From NCBI GenBank assembly GCA_037445735.1, contig JBBIJY010000003.1:92842-156841 (forward strand): 64,000 nt of DNA. The letters run 5' to 3'. This DNA is from Armatimonadota bacterium (GTDB lineage: Bacteria; Armatimonadota; Fimbriimonadia; Fimbriimonadales; GBS-DC). A program made the position numbers and the translations under genes. Of the stretch, positions 47,254 through 55,940 are shown piece after piece; the stretch's first letter is position 1; each line of letters starts with the position of its first letter. The notes under the pieces are model-generated. The model was not told the DNA's origin, made no database searches, and saw only the letters and a program-made list of their open reading frames with translations.

Positions 47254-47988
47254 TCACCAGTGAATGAACTGCGCGATTTTGAGGCAGGCGCGGCGCAGCA
47301 GGAGCTGGTTGCGTCCTGGATGGGCTAAGGCGTGCCGTTCGGCAGGGGTCAGCTGTTCGGATGGCTTGCCGTGCTTCTCCAGCTGTTGCACCGCCTCCCA
47401 GATACGCTCCATCCCGCCCACCAGCGCCGGCTGGTGCTGCACCACATAAGCCAGCACCTTCGCCCGCGCCCGCATCAGATGCGTGCGCACCGTGTTGAGA
47501 TTCAAATGTAGCATCGCGGCTATCGATTCGGTCGTCTCGTCCTGTGCATACAGCAGGATGACCTGCCGCTCGGTCTCGGAGCAGACTTTGCCAATAACGG
47601 CTCGGAGCTGCTGCGCCATCTGCTCCGTCCCTATCTGGTCAACAAGACTCGCTTCGGGCGATTCCTGTTGCAAGAATCGGGGGGCTGGCTCTGATTCGAA
47701 GGTGCTGAGCGGGATGTCGGTGCTGGCGACACGCTGATAGAAGGTTCGCAGGCAGTTCGCCGCGATGTGCATCAGCCACGGTTCGAAGGGTGTGTCGGGT
47801 TTGAGCCGGGGCAGGAAGCGGGCGACGCGCAGCAGCGTCTCCTGCAGGATGTCCTCGCTGTCCTGCTCCGATCTGGCACGCTTTCGAATGTAGCGCCATA
47901 GTAGGGGACGATACCGCTCCAGCAGCTGTTCCAGTGCCGACTCGTCGCCCTCGCGCGCCGCCTGCAACAGCACCTCAATCTCTGCCAT
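47254..47988 (-). CDS. ECF sigma factor with C-terminal extension
   Basis: AREGDESALEQLLERY, DSEDILQET, FEPWLMHIAAN, IAAMLHLNLNTVRTHLMRAR. Confidence 0.93.
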   Translation of the reverse strand: MAEIEVLLQAAREGDESALEQLLERYRPLLWRYIRKRARSEQDSEDILQETLLRVARFLPRLKPDTPFEPWLMHIAANCLRTFYQRVASTDIPLSTFESEPAPRFLQQESPEASLVDQIGTEQMAQQLRAVIGKVCSETERQVILLYAQDETTESIAAMLHLNLNTVRTHLMRARAKVLAYVVQHQPALVGGMERIWEAVQQLEKHGKPSEQLTPAERHALAHPGRNQLLLRRACLKIAQFIHW

Positions 47989-48094
47989 TCCAGCCCAGTA
48001 GAATAATTATACCGTCAGTGAAGCAAGAGGCGCCCTGCTGTTTCCGCAAGGCGCCTCAGGCAGGGACGGCAGGGGGCGAGAGGTGCACTGACTC

Positions 48095-50122
48095 TTAGCA
48101 ACTATTTCCGAAGTTGAACAGGACCAGCAGGAGATCGGCATCGTCCACCATGCTATCCTCGTTCACATCTCCGATGAGTGGTGTACAGGCGACCACCACT
48201 GTACCATCGAAGCGACCATAGGCGAATAGAACACCATTTGGTGAGAACTGGATGCTGTAGACTCCGCGTTCGGTCTCGCGGGAGTAAGTCAGCCATAGTC
48301 GTCCGTTTTGCACAAACCAGAATCGGATGGTACCGTCTCCGCTTACCGAAGCCACCATTTGACCACCGTGCGAGAACTCGACATCGTACACCTCACGAGT
48401 ATGTCCTCGCAGGGTGCGTATCAGCGCGCCGTTAGCCACTCGCCACAGCTTGATCGTGCCATCGCCACTTGCCGAAGCCAGCAGTTGACCATCAGGTGAA
48501 AATGCAAGGGCATAAATTAGCTGAGTGTGCCTGTCGGCACCGCCATCGAACGCCCTTACAAGGGCGCCAGTGGCGGTGTCCCAGAGCCGAATAGTCAGGT
48601 CTACGCCTGCCGACGCCACCAGAGTGCTATCGGGCGAAAAAGCCACTGCATACACTGACTGGGTATGTCCAGCGAGCATCCTGACGAGTTGAATATTGTT
48701 AGGCGCTATAATACGCCACAGCCCCACCATGTTATCGGCGCTGCCCGAAGCCATCAGCCTGCCGTCCGGCGAGACAGCAACCGAGTAAACCTGCCCGGTA
48801 TGATTCGTAAGGGTGCCGAGAAGGATGCCCAGAGGCAGGTCCCAGACCTTAATGGTTCGATCTTCGCTTGCCGACGCGAAGAATCGCCCTCGTGGATCAG
48901 CGGCGACCGAGCGGACGATATCCGTATGCCCCGTCTGCGTGCTGAGAGGAAAGCCGTCACCAGCATGCCAGTAGCGAACGGTTCGATCAAAATAGCCGCC
49001 TGCAGTTGCCACTGTTTGATGACCATCGAAGCCCACGGGGCTGAACGCGACAGACCACACAATGTCCTTGTGTCCCGTGACGATCATATGGAGACGCTGG
49101 TTCACCACATCCCAGATTTTGACAGTACGGTCCCTGCTTCCTGAAAGCACAAACTGACCATTCGGCGAAAACGCGACAGAGGTGACAGCGCCCGTATGCT
49201 CGGAGATGGTCTGCACGGTTGTTCCTGCTTGCCAGTTCCATATTCGTATAGAGCGATCGCTACTTCCTGACACAAGCAATCCTCCATCAGGAGAAAAGGC
49301 TACGGACCAAACGGTGTCGGTGTGTCCCAGAAGCCTCATAACCAGTTGCCCATTTTGAGAGTTCCAAACGCCGATGACCGTGCCGTGATTGGATGCCGCG
49401 ACGAAGACGCCATTGGGCGAAAACGCCACCGAATGGATTGCGTTTTGCGAGGCTGGAATTGTGCCCAGTAAGACGCCTCGCCCAGTGTCCCATATTTTCA
49501 CGGTGCCATCGGCGCTTCCCGATGCCAGTCGGACATTATCGGGCGCAAAAGTGACCGATCGGACAGCGCCTGTGTGCCCGGTGAGTATGCCCAAACGCTG
49601 ACCAGTCTGAGCATTCCATATTTTGACAGTGCCAATGTAGTCGCCCGTTGCCAGCCGACCGCCTGTCCGATCGAAGGCTACAGAGTAAACCACACCGCCA
49701 CCCACATTGATGGCGCGAATCAGTTCTCCTGTAAGGGGGTTCCACAGCTTGACAGTGCCGTCGGCGCTCGCAGTTGCCACACGGGTGCCGTCAGGCGAAA
49801 AAGCGATAGAGTAGATAGCACGGGTGTGCCCTGCAAGCGTGGAAACCAGGCGTGGGAACGGTCGCGGCCTATCCATATCCATCAAGCGCCATATCTTGGC
49901 GGTGTAATCGCCGCCCGTGTCATGGCTGCTTCCAGAAGCCACGAACCGCCCATCAGGCGAGAAAGCGACCGTTAGTACCTCACCGCGATGTCCGCCTCCC
50001 ATCCAGCGGATGTTGGGGCGACCACCTGCTTGCGCTGAGGCGATGCTTCCAAGTTCCAGGATCAAGCAGCCCGCCATTACGGTGCTTATGACCGTGCTCC
50101 GCACTAGCTTTGTCCAGCTCAT
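48095..50122 (-). CDS. Exported WD40-repeat protein with dockerin-like C-terminal tail
   Basis: About 14 GH..V.SVAFSPDG..ASGS.D.T.K.W repeats; signal peptide; AGGAGG RBS; GDVNEDSMVDDADLLLVLFNFGNSC. Confidence 0.92.
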   Translation of the reverse strand: MSWTKLVRSTVISTVMAGCLILELGSIASAQAGGRPNIRWMGGGHRGEVLTVAFSPDGRFVASGSSHDTGGDYTAKIWRLMDMDRPRPFPRLVSTLAGHTRAIYSIAFSPDGTRVATASADGTVKLWNPLTGELIRAINVGGGVVYSVAFDRTGGRLATGDYIGTVKIWNAQTGQRLGILTGHTGAVRSVTFAPDNVRLASGSADGTVKIWDTGRGVLLGTIPASQNAIHSVAFSPNGVFVAASNHGTVIGVWNSQNGQLVMRLLGHTDTVWSVAFSPDGGLLVSGSSDRSIRIWNWQAGTTVQTISEHTGAVTSVAFSPNGQFVLSGSRDRTVKIWDVVNQRLHMIVTGHKDIVWSVAFSPVGFDGHQTVATAGGYFDRTVRYWHAGDGFPLSTQTGHTDIVRSVAADPRGRFFASASEDRTIKVWDLPLGILLGTLTNHTGQVYSVAVSPDGRLMASGSADNMVGLWRIIAPNNIQLVRMLAGHTQSVYAVAFSPDSTLVASAGVDLTIRLWDTATGALVRAFDGGADRHTQLIYALAFSPDGQLLASASGDGTIKLWRVANGALIRTLRGHTREVYDVEFSHGGQMVASVSGDGTIRFWFVQNGRLWLTYSRETERGVYSIQFSPNGVLFAYGRFDGTVVVACTPLIGDVNEDSMVDDADLLLVLFNFGNSC

Positions 50123-50228
50123 CGCTTGAGTCCTCCTGCGGAAGGGGCAGTGCCATGGTGTTGGCTCCTGCGCGCCCTTCCAGCAGGAGAAGACTCGGCT
50201 TTCGCGCGCGGCGTTGCAAGTTTTCGGC

Positions 50229-50789
50229 TCAGCGCCACAGGTCGCGTTCCACATCGGCGCGGAAGCGACGGAAGCTGGCTGCCTCCATGCGCTCCCACTG
50301 CTGGCGCACATTATACAGCCCCTGCATGCAGACCTCGAAATGCTCCGAGAGCTTGCGGAACAGCGGGGCTTCATCGCGCCACTCGCCGATGTCGAACAGC
50401 GACACGATGTAGTACGACTGCTTGCCCTGCTTCACATAGTCGATCAGATGGTCTTTACGCGAGTGTGCCCGCAGGCGGGGCAGCGCTTCGGGATAGACGC
50501 CTGCCCAGAAGAGCGTGTAGTCGCCGATGTGCCGATGCACCTCGCGCTCCTGATAGAACGACTGCGCGCCCAGTCGCACATCGGCGTAGTAGAGCATATC
50601 GGCGACCTCCTCCAGCGGGCGCCCGCGCAGGTCGCGCAACTTATACAGCTCGCGCATATGCACAAACTTCAGCAGCAGGTCGCTGAGATACGCCACCACC
50701 TGCGGGTCATCCCACCGCAGGGAGACCACGAACGCCCGCTCCACCAGATGCCGAAACAGTTGCGCCAGCGGATGATCCTTGCTCACCAT
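50229..50789 (-). CDS. Conserved hypothetical protein
   Basis: Host-like codon usage; RHIGDYTLFWAGVYPE...DY..QGKQSY motif; function not assignable. Confidence 0.75.
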   Translation of the reverse strand: MVSKDHPLAQLFRHLVERAFVVSLRWDDPQVVAYLSDLLLKFVHMRELYKLRDLRGRPLEEVADMLYYADVRLGAQSFYQEREVHRHIGDYTLFWAGVYPEALPRLRAHSRKDHLIDYVKQGKQSYYIVSLFDIGEWRDEAPLFRKLSEHFEVCMQGLYNVRQQWERMEAASFRRFRADVERDLWR

Positions 50790-50883
50790 CGCGATCGACC
50801 TCACTCATTTGGACGAACCGTCCCCCACAGGGTTCCCTATGGTTCCTGTAGAGTTAATATTCCATCGAATCGCCCTGAGTTTC

Positions 50884-53079
50884 CTATCGAACGGGCGCGG
50901 GCAGGCGCTGGAGATACTCATCGGGTGCGCGGGCGATCTGGCGCAGGGTGCGCTCGCTGCGCGAGGAGTAGACGGGCAGCCCCATCAGCAGCAGGGGCGC
51001 GAGCATGCAACCTATCACGGCACAGCCTGTATACAGTAGGGAGAGCAGGGTCGCCCGCGCCATCGAGGGTCGCTCGCGCCGACCCAGCGCGCTCAGCGTG
51101 TCCTGAATCGCCACCGGCGCCGCCAGAAACAGCTGCGAGCAGACCACCACCATCACCGACAGCCATGTCATGGTCACCATTCCGCCCGTAAACACCATCA
51201 CGATGGGTAAAGCGGGCGACGGCGGACTGTGCAGGGCGCCATAGAGGCTCCGTACCCATATTGCCAGCGCGCCGCAGCCGAACAGCGCAACAAGCAGGCG
51301 CAACTGCCAGTGCCACACGCTGAACACCAGCCCCCAGTAGATGTTGAGCGGGTTCAGCCCCGTGAGGAACCACTGGCGCAGCTCGCCCGTCTCCACCAGC
51401 TTCTGCACGCGCTGACTGGCTACCCGATAGCCACCCAGCCAGAGCGCGACCAGCATCACCATAAAAATCAGGATGCCCCAGCCGATTGCTGCAGTAGACG
51501 GTAAAGTCAACCCTATCAGCCAGCCCAGCCCTGCCAGAAGGGGCGCAGGGTCGAACCGCCGCTCCGACGCGAAAAAGTGCGTCACAGGATTGTTCGTCAT
51601 GCGCCTGTGCAGCCAGTCGTGCAGGGGATAGAGCAGCACGGGCGCCAGGAGGGTTTGCAGCCATGCAGGCAGCGGTCGCCACTCCCATGCGCGGATCACG
51701 CCGCGCGTGAGCAGAGAGGCAACGGCGAGCATCCCCAGCCGCCACAGCAGCGGCAACGCTATCAGCACCCACGCGGGCGGCGGCAGCCTCACGGTCAGAC
51801 CCCACAGCGGCGTGAACGCCGTCAGCGCCACCAGCGGGTTCAGCACTCCCAGCACCGCGTACCGATCGGGCGCCAGCACAAACCAGCCGATGGGCAGCAG
51901 TTCCAGCACCGCCAGCCTGTTTAACCGAATGCGCATGCACCACGCGCGCTGGAGCAGGCTCCGATAGAACGCGCTCAGCGGTATATCGGCAACGGTCAGC
52001 GTCAGCCATACCAGCCAGAACGCGGGACCTGTCCCGCTGATGCCGTAGCCTTTTGCGGCGAGCAGCAGCACAAGCGCGCTGAGCGCGCGCACCAGCGCGA
52101 CCTCTTTCAGATGTATCTGCCATCCCTGCTGGACGGGGTCGCGCCCGCGCACGACGGTGAGCAACAGCATCTGCTGCCAGCCCGCCATCAGAAAGAGCAG
52201 CGCAGCCGCCGCCTGAAACCGTTGCGCGTTGCTCCATGTGGGCGTCCACTCCCATACCAGCGGGAAGGGCATCGCCATCATGCCAGCGGCGGGCAGCAGC
52301 CACCAGAGGCGCCACAGCCCCGATGGCGCATGAAGCCAGCGAGCGCGTCGCTCCCAGCGCAGGCTCTCTGTCAGCAGCCACACCAGCGCGAAACGGCTCG
52401 TGTCAGGCAGGGTGTACATCCACGACATCGGCAGCAGCAGGCGTAGCAGGATCGAACCGCCAATCAACAGCGCGAACACCCAGCTGCTCGCCGAACCGAA
52501 CCGCATCCGTTCAATCTCGCGCAGGGAGCCATAGCCGAAAACGAGCAACGCGAGCATCAGCGGCTCCCAGATGCCCAGAATGGAGAGCGTGAGATAGAAG
52601 CCCAGCAGGATCAGCACCAGCGGGTCCGCGAAGGCGAACAGCAGCCACAGCAGCCCACTCTCCAGCGGCGGAATGCCCATCCAGGCGCCCCACGCGCCAT
52701 ACAGCGGCAGCCAGAGGCAGTGCGCGGGCAGGCGATAAAACAGCGCGGGCAGACCACGCTGCAGCAGCAGCGCATGGGACGATAAATCTAACAGGCGGAA
52801 CTGATCCAGATTGCCCGTGCGCAGGTCGTTCAGAAAGGAGGGGTTCGGCAGCCGCTGCTCCAGCAGACCGCGCGCGATAAGGTGCGCAATCACCAGCGCC
52901 GCGAGCGTCAGATAGGGCGCGGCGTACCCGCGCTTGAGCGTGAGACCGAGCAGCCCTGTTAGACCCAGCGCGAGCGCGCTTAGCAGCAGAGCGCCCCACA
53001 TGAGGCGAACCAGCGGCTCCCCCTCCACGCGCCGATACTCTAACTGCCAGAATGGTAGCTCCCGCCAGCGCCCCTCCAT
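50884..53079 (-). CDS. Polytopic membrane protein
   Basis: Many hydrophobic helices; internal similarity (RTGNLDQFRL / ETGELRQWFL) reminiscent of ABC-2 permease domains. Confidence 0.7.
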   Translation of the reverse strand: MEGRWRELPFWQLEYRRVEGEPLVRLMWGALLLSALALGLTGLLGLTLKRGYAAPYLTLAALVIAHLIARGLLEQRLPNPSFLNDLRTGNLDQFRLLDLSSHALLLQRGLPALFYRLPAHCLWLPLYGAWGAWMGIPPLESGLLWLLFAFADPLVLILLGFYLTLSILGIWEPLMLALLVFGYGSLREIERMRFGSASSWVFALLIGGSILLRLLLPMSWMYTLPDTSRFALVWLLTESLRWERRARWLHAPSGLWRLWWLLPAAGMMAMPFPLVWEWTPTWSNAQRFQAAAALLFLMAGWQQMLLLTVVRGRDPVQQGWQIHLKEVALVRALSALVLLLAAKGYGISGTGPAFWLVWLTLTVADIPLSAFYRSLLQRAWCMRIRLNRLAVLELLPIGWFVLAPDRYAVLGVLNPLVALTAFTPLWGLTVRLPPPAWVLIALPLLWRLGMLAVASLLTRGVIRAWEWRPLPAWLQTLLAPVLLYPLHDWLHRRMTNNPVTHFFASERRFDPAPLLAGLGWLIGLTLPSTAAIGWGILIFMVMLVALWLGGYRVASQRVQKLVETGELRQWFLTGLNPLNIYWGLVFSVWHWQLRLLVALFGCGALAIWVRSLYGALHSPPSPALPIVMVFTGGMVTMTWLSVMVVVCSQLFLAAPVAIQDTLSALGRRERPSMARATLLSLLYTGCAVIGCMLAPLLLMGLPVYSSRSERTLRQIARAPDEYLQRLPAPVR

Positions 53080-53150
53080 CGCAACCCGTGCCCCGTGCAA
53101 GTGTACCTTAACAGGCAGGAAAAACGGCTGCCCGGCGAGTAATACCCTTT

Positions 53151-54077
53151 ATGGGAGGCGAACCGTTGGAGGTTATCGAAGGGGTTCAGCTGATCGATCT
53201 GAAGTTTCTGGGCTATCCGCTGGCGATTGCCGCCTATTTGCTAATAGGCGACGACGAAGCCGCGCTGGTGGAGGTGGGACCGACCAGCACGGTGGAGACC
53301 CTGCTGGGCGCCATTCAGCAGGCGGGCGTGCCCCTGAACGCGGTTCGCCACCTGATTGTGACGCATATCCATCTGGATCATGCGGGCGCGCTGGGCGTGC
53401 TGACTCAGCGGCTGCCGGAAGCCATCTGCTATGTGCATCCGGTGGGCGCGCCCCATTTAGCCGACCCGTCGCGCCTGATTGCGAGCGCGTCGCGCCTGTA
53501 TGGGGAGCTGATGGACACACTCTGGGGCGCGGTGCTGCCAGTGCCTGCCGAGTGCATCCGCGTGGTTCAGGATGGCGAGCGGCTGCAGGTGGCAGGGCGC
53601 CGATTGCTCGCGCTGGACACGCCCGGACACGCCCGCCACCATCACGCCTATCTGGATGAGGCGAGCGGGCTGCTTTTCGCGGGCGATATTGCCGGCGTTC
53701 GCATGCCGCACACGACCTATGTGCGCCCGCCCACCCCACCGCCCGAACTCGATCTGGAAGCGTGGCAGCGCAGCCTTGCCCGACTGCGCCGCTTGCCTGT
53801 GCAGCAGCTCGCGCTGACCCATTTCGGCGTCTTCAGCGATGTGGCACGCCATCTGGACGAGCTGGAGCGCCGCCTGCTCGATTGGGGCAACTTCACCCGC
53901 CAGCTGGTCGAGCAGGGACGCACGGAGAGCGAGATAATCACGGCGCTGCAGGAATATGGCAACGCCGAGATGCAGGCGCTCGGCGTCGACCCCAGCAGCT
54001 ACGATCTGGGCGCAGGCTACCAGCTCATCGCGCTCGGCTACGCCCGCTACTGGCGCAAACAGTTAGAGAAGTCATGA
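53151..54077 (+). CDS. Metallo-beta-lactamase-fold hydrolase
   Basis: THIHLDHAG, TPGHARHH, FAGD, THFG. Confidence 0.93.
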   Translation: MGGEPLEVIEGVQLIDLKFLGYPLAIAAYLLIGDDEAALVEVGPTSTVETLLGAIQQAGVPLNAVRHLIVTHIHLDHAGALGVLTQRLPEAICYVHPVGAPHLADPSRLIASASRLYGELMDTLWGAVLPVPAECIRVVQDGERLQVAGRRLLALDTPGHARHHHAYLDEASGLLFAGDIAGVRMPHTTYVRPPTPPPELDLEAWQRSLARLRRLPVQQLALTHFGVFSDVARHLDELERRLLDWGNFTRQLVEQGRTESEIITALQEYGNAEMQALGVDPSSYDLGAGYQLIALGYARYWRKQLEKS

Positions 54078-55276
54078 GCGCGTTCAGCGTGCGGTTCGAA
54101 AATGTCTCCAGGCGGTTCGGCACGGTGGTGGCGCTCCATCGCCTGAACCTGGAGGTTCAGCCTGGCGAGTTGATGGTGCTGGTCGGACCCTCAGGCTGCG
54201 GCAAGACGACCGCGCTCCGCCTGCTGGCAGGGCTGGAGGAGCCGACCGAGGGACGGCTCTATATCGGCGAGCGGTGCGTGAACGAGGTCTCACCCCGCGA
54301 CCGCGATGTGGCGATGGTGTTCCAGAACTACGCGCTTTACCCGCACATGTGCGTGTATGATAATATCGCCTTCGGGCTGCGCCTGCGCGAGCTGGGCGGC
54401 TTCTGGTGGCAGCTGCTTCACTTTCGGCAGGCGCGCCAGATTCGGCAGCGGATTGACCAGCGCGTGCGGCAGGTGGCGCAAATGCTGGGCATCGAAAACC
54501 TGCTGCGGCGCCTGCCGAAGGAGCTGTCGGGCGGTCAGCGCCAGCGTGTCGCGCTCGCCCGCGCCATCGTGCGCCAGCCGAAAGTGTTCCTGATGGATGA
54601 ACCGCTCTCCAATCTCGACGCCCAGCTGCGCGACCAGACCCGCGCCGAACTCAAAAAACTGCAGGAGCGACTGGGCATCACCACGCTCTATGTGACGCAC
54701 GACCAGAAGGAGGCGATGACGCTCGGCACGCGCATCGCCATCCTGAAAGAGGGCGTGCTCCAGCAGGTTGGCACGCCCGAAGAGGTGTACCATCGCCCCG
54801 CCAACCTGTTCGTGGCGACTTTTATCGGCACGCCGCCGATGAACATTCTGGACGCGCAGGTGATTACGCTCGCCGATAAGCCCGCGCTGCAGATAGGCAC
54901 GCTGTCGATCCCTCTATTGCCCGCCCAGCAACGGCTGCTGCAGGCGCGAGCAGGTCAGAAAGTGCTGCTGGGCGTGCGCCCGCAGGATATTTATGCGGCG
55001 AACGCCGCGCCGCCCGATGTGGTTCTCTCCGAGCTGTTGCCGGGCATCGTGGATGTGGTGGAGCCGCAGGGCGACCGCAACGACCTGCATGTGCTGATGG
55101 AGGGGCAGCGCGTGATTGCCCAGCTCAGCGCGCGCGTCAGAGCCAGCGAAGGGGAGCCAATCGCGCTCCGCTTCAATCTTGAAAGCCTCCACCTCTTTGA
55201 CCCCGCCACCAGCACACGCCTGATAGAAGATGCGCTGTCCTCCGAGCCTGTAAGAGGGTACACTTCTACAGGGTGA
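54074..55276 (+). CDS. Sugar ABC transporter ATPase (MalK/MsmX/UgpC family)
   Basis: GPSGCGKTT, VFQNYALYPHM, LSGGQRQRVA, DEPLSNLDA, YVTHDQ, TOBE tail. Confidence 0.95.
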   Translation: MSAFSVRFENVSRRFGTVVALHRLNLEVQPGELMVLVGPSGCGKTTALRLLAGLEEPTEGRLYIGERCVNEVSPRDRDVAMVFQNYALYPHMCVYDNIAFGLRLRELGGFWWQLLHFRQARQIRQRIDQRVRQVAQMLGIENLLRRLPKELSGGQRQRVALARAIVRQPKVFLMDEPLSNLDAQLRDQTRAELKKLQERLGITTLYVTHDQKEAMTLGTRIAILKEGVLQQVGTPEEVYHRPANLFVATFIGTPPMNILDAQVITLADKPALQIGTLSIPLLPAQQRLLQARAGQKVLLGVRPQDIYAANAAPPDVVLSELLPGIVDVVEPQGDRNDLHVLMEGQRVIAQLSARVRASEGEPIALRFNLESLHLFDPATSTRLIEDALSSEPVRGYTSTG

Positions 55277-55279
55277 CCT

Positions 55280-55513
55280 ATGCATACGATTACCGTGCAG
55301 ATAGATCCGAATACGCTGGAGCGGCTTCAGCAGAAGGCGCGCGAGCGGGGCGTCAGCGTCGATACGCTGATTGCCGAGCTCCTGCAACACTGGACACGCG
55401 CCGAGTGGCCCGAATCGGTTCGTCAGCTGGCAGGAGCCTGGCAGCAAGATTTCCCTGAGCCAGGCGAACTTCGTCGTTCGCTGGAGGTCGAGTCCCCGCG
55501 TGAACAGCCTTAG
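55280..55513 (+). CDS. vapB: Antitoxin (ribbon-helix-helix, VapB-like)
   Basis: Short RHH-like protein overlapping the start of a PIN-domain gene. Confidence 0.75.
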   Translation: MHTITVQIDPNTLERLQQKARERGVSVDTLIAELLQHWTRAEWPESVRQLAGAWQQDFPEPGELRRSLEVESPREQP

Positions 55514-55904
55514 GTTCCTGCTGGATACCGATACAGTAATCTACTTTTTCAAGGGGCAGGGCAGGGTTGCTGCTTCCCTGTTGCAAACACCCCCTGCGGA
55601 GGTGGCAATCTCGACGATTTCATTATATGAGTTGCAAGTTGGTGTGGCGCGGTCACGAGAGCCAGAGCGCACGCAGGCACAACTGGAGCAGTTGCTGGCA
55701 TGGCTCACAGTGCTTCCCTTTGATGATTCTGCAGCCTGCCGTGCGGCTGAGATTCGAGCTGAACTGGAGCGTAAAGGAATGGCTATCGGCACCTTGGATA
55801 CGCTAATTGCAGGGGTCGCTCTTTCGCGAGGACTGGTGCTGGTAACGCATAACCTTGCCGAGTTCCAGCGGATTCCAGATTTGTTAGTGGAGGACTGGTA
55901 TTAG
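55500..55904 (+). CDS. vapC: PIN-domain toxin
   Basis: FLLDTDT, ISLYEL, LPFD, IGTLDTLIA, LVTHN..EF.RI..L.VEDW. Confidence 0.93.
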   Translation: MNSLRFLLDTDTVIYFFKGQGRVAASLLQTPPAEVAISTISLYELQVGVARSREPERTQAQLEQLLAWLTVLPFDDSAACRAAEIRAELERKGMAIGTLDTLIAGVALSRGLVLVTHNLAEFQRIPDLLVEDWY

Positions 55905-55940
55905 GGCATCGGGTCAGAATACCTCCCGCGCCTGATAGAA

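Noticed and set aside
53762-54073. N-terminal extensions given by the ORF track (ABC ATPase; likewise acs to 60273, receiver to 25622, WD40 to 50374)
   Set aside because: They overlap neighbouring genes; downstream starts have an RBS or coupled stop-start and match domain boundaries
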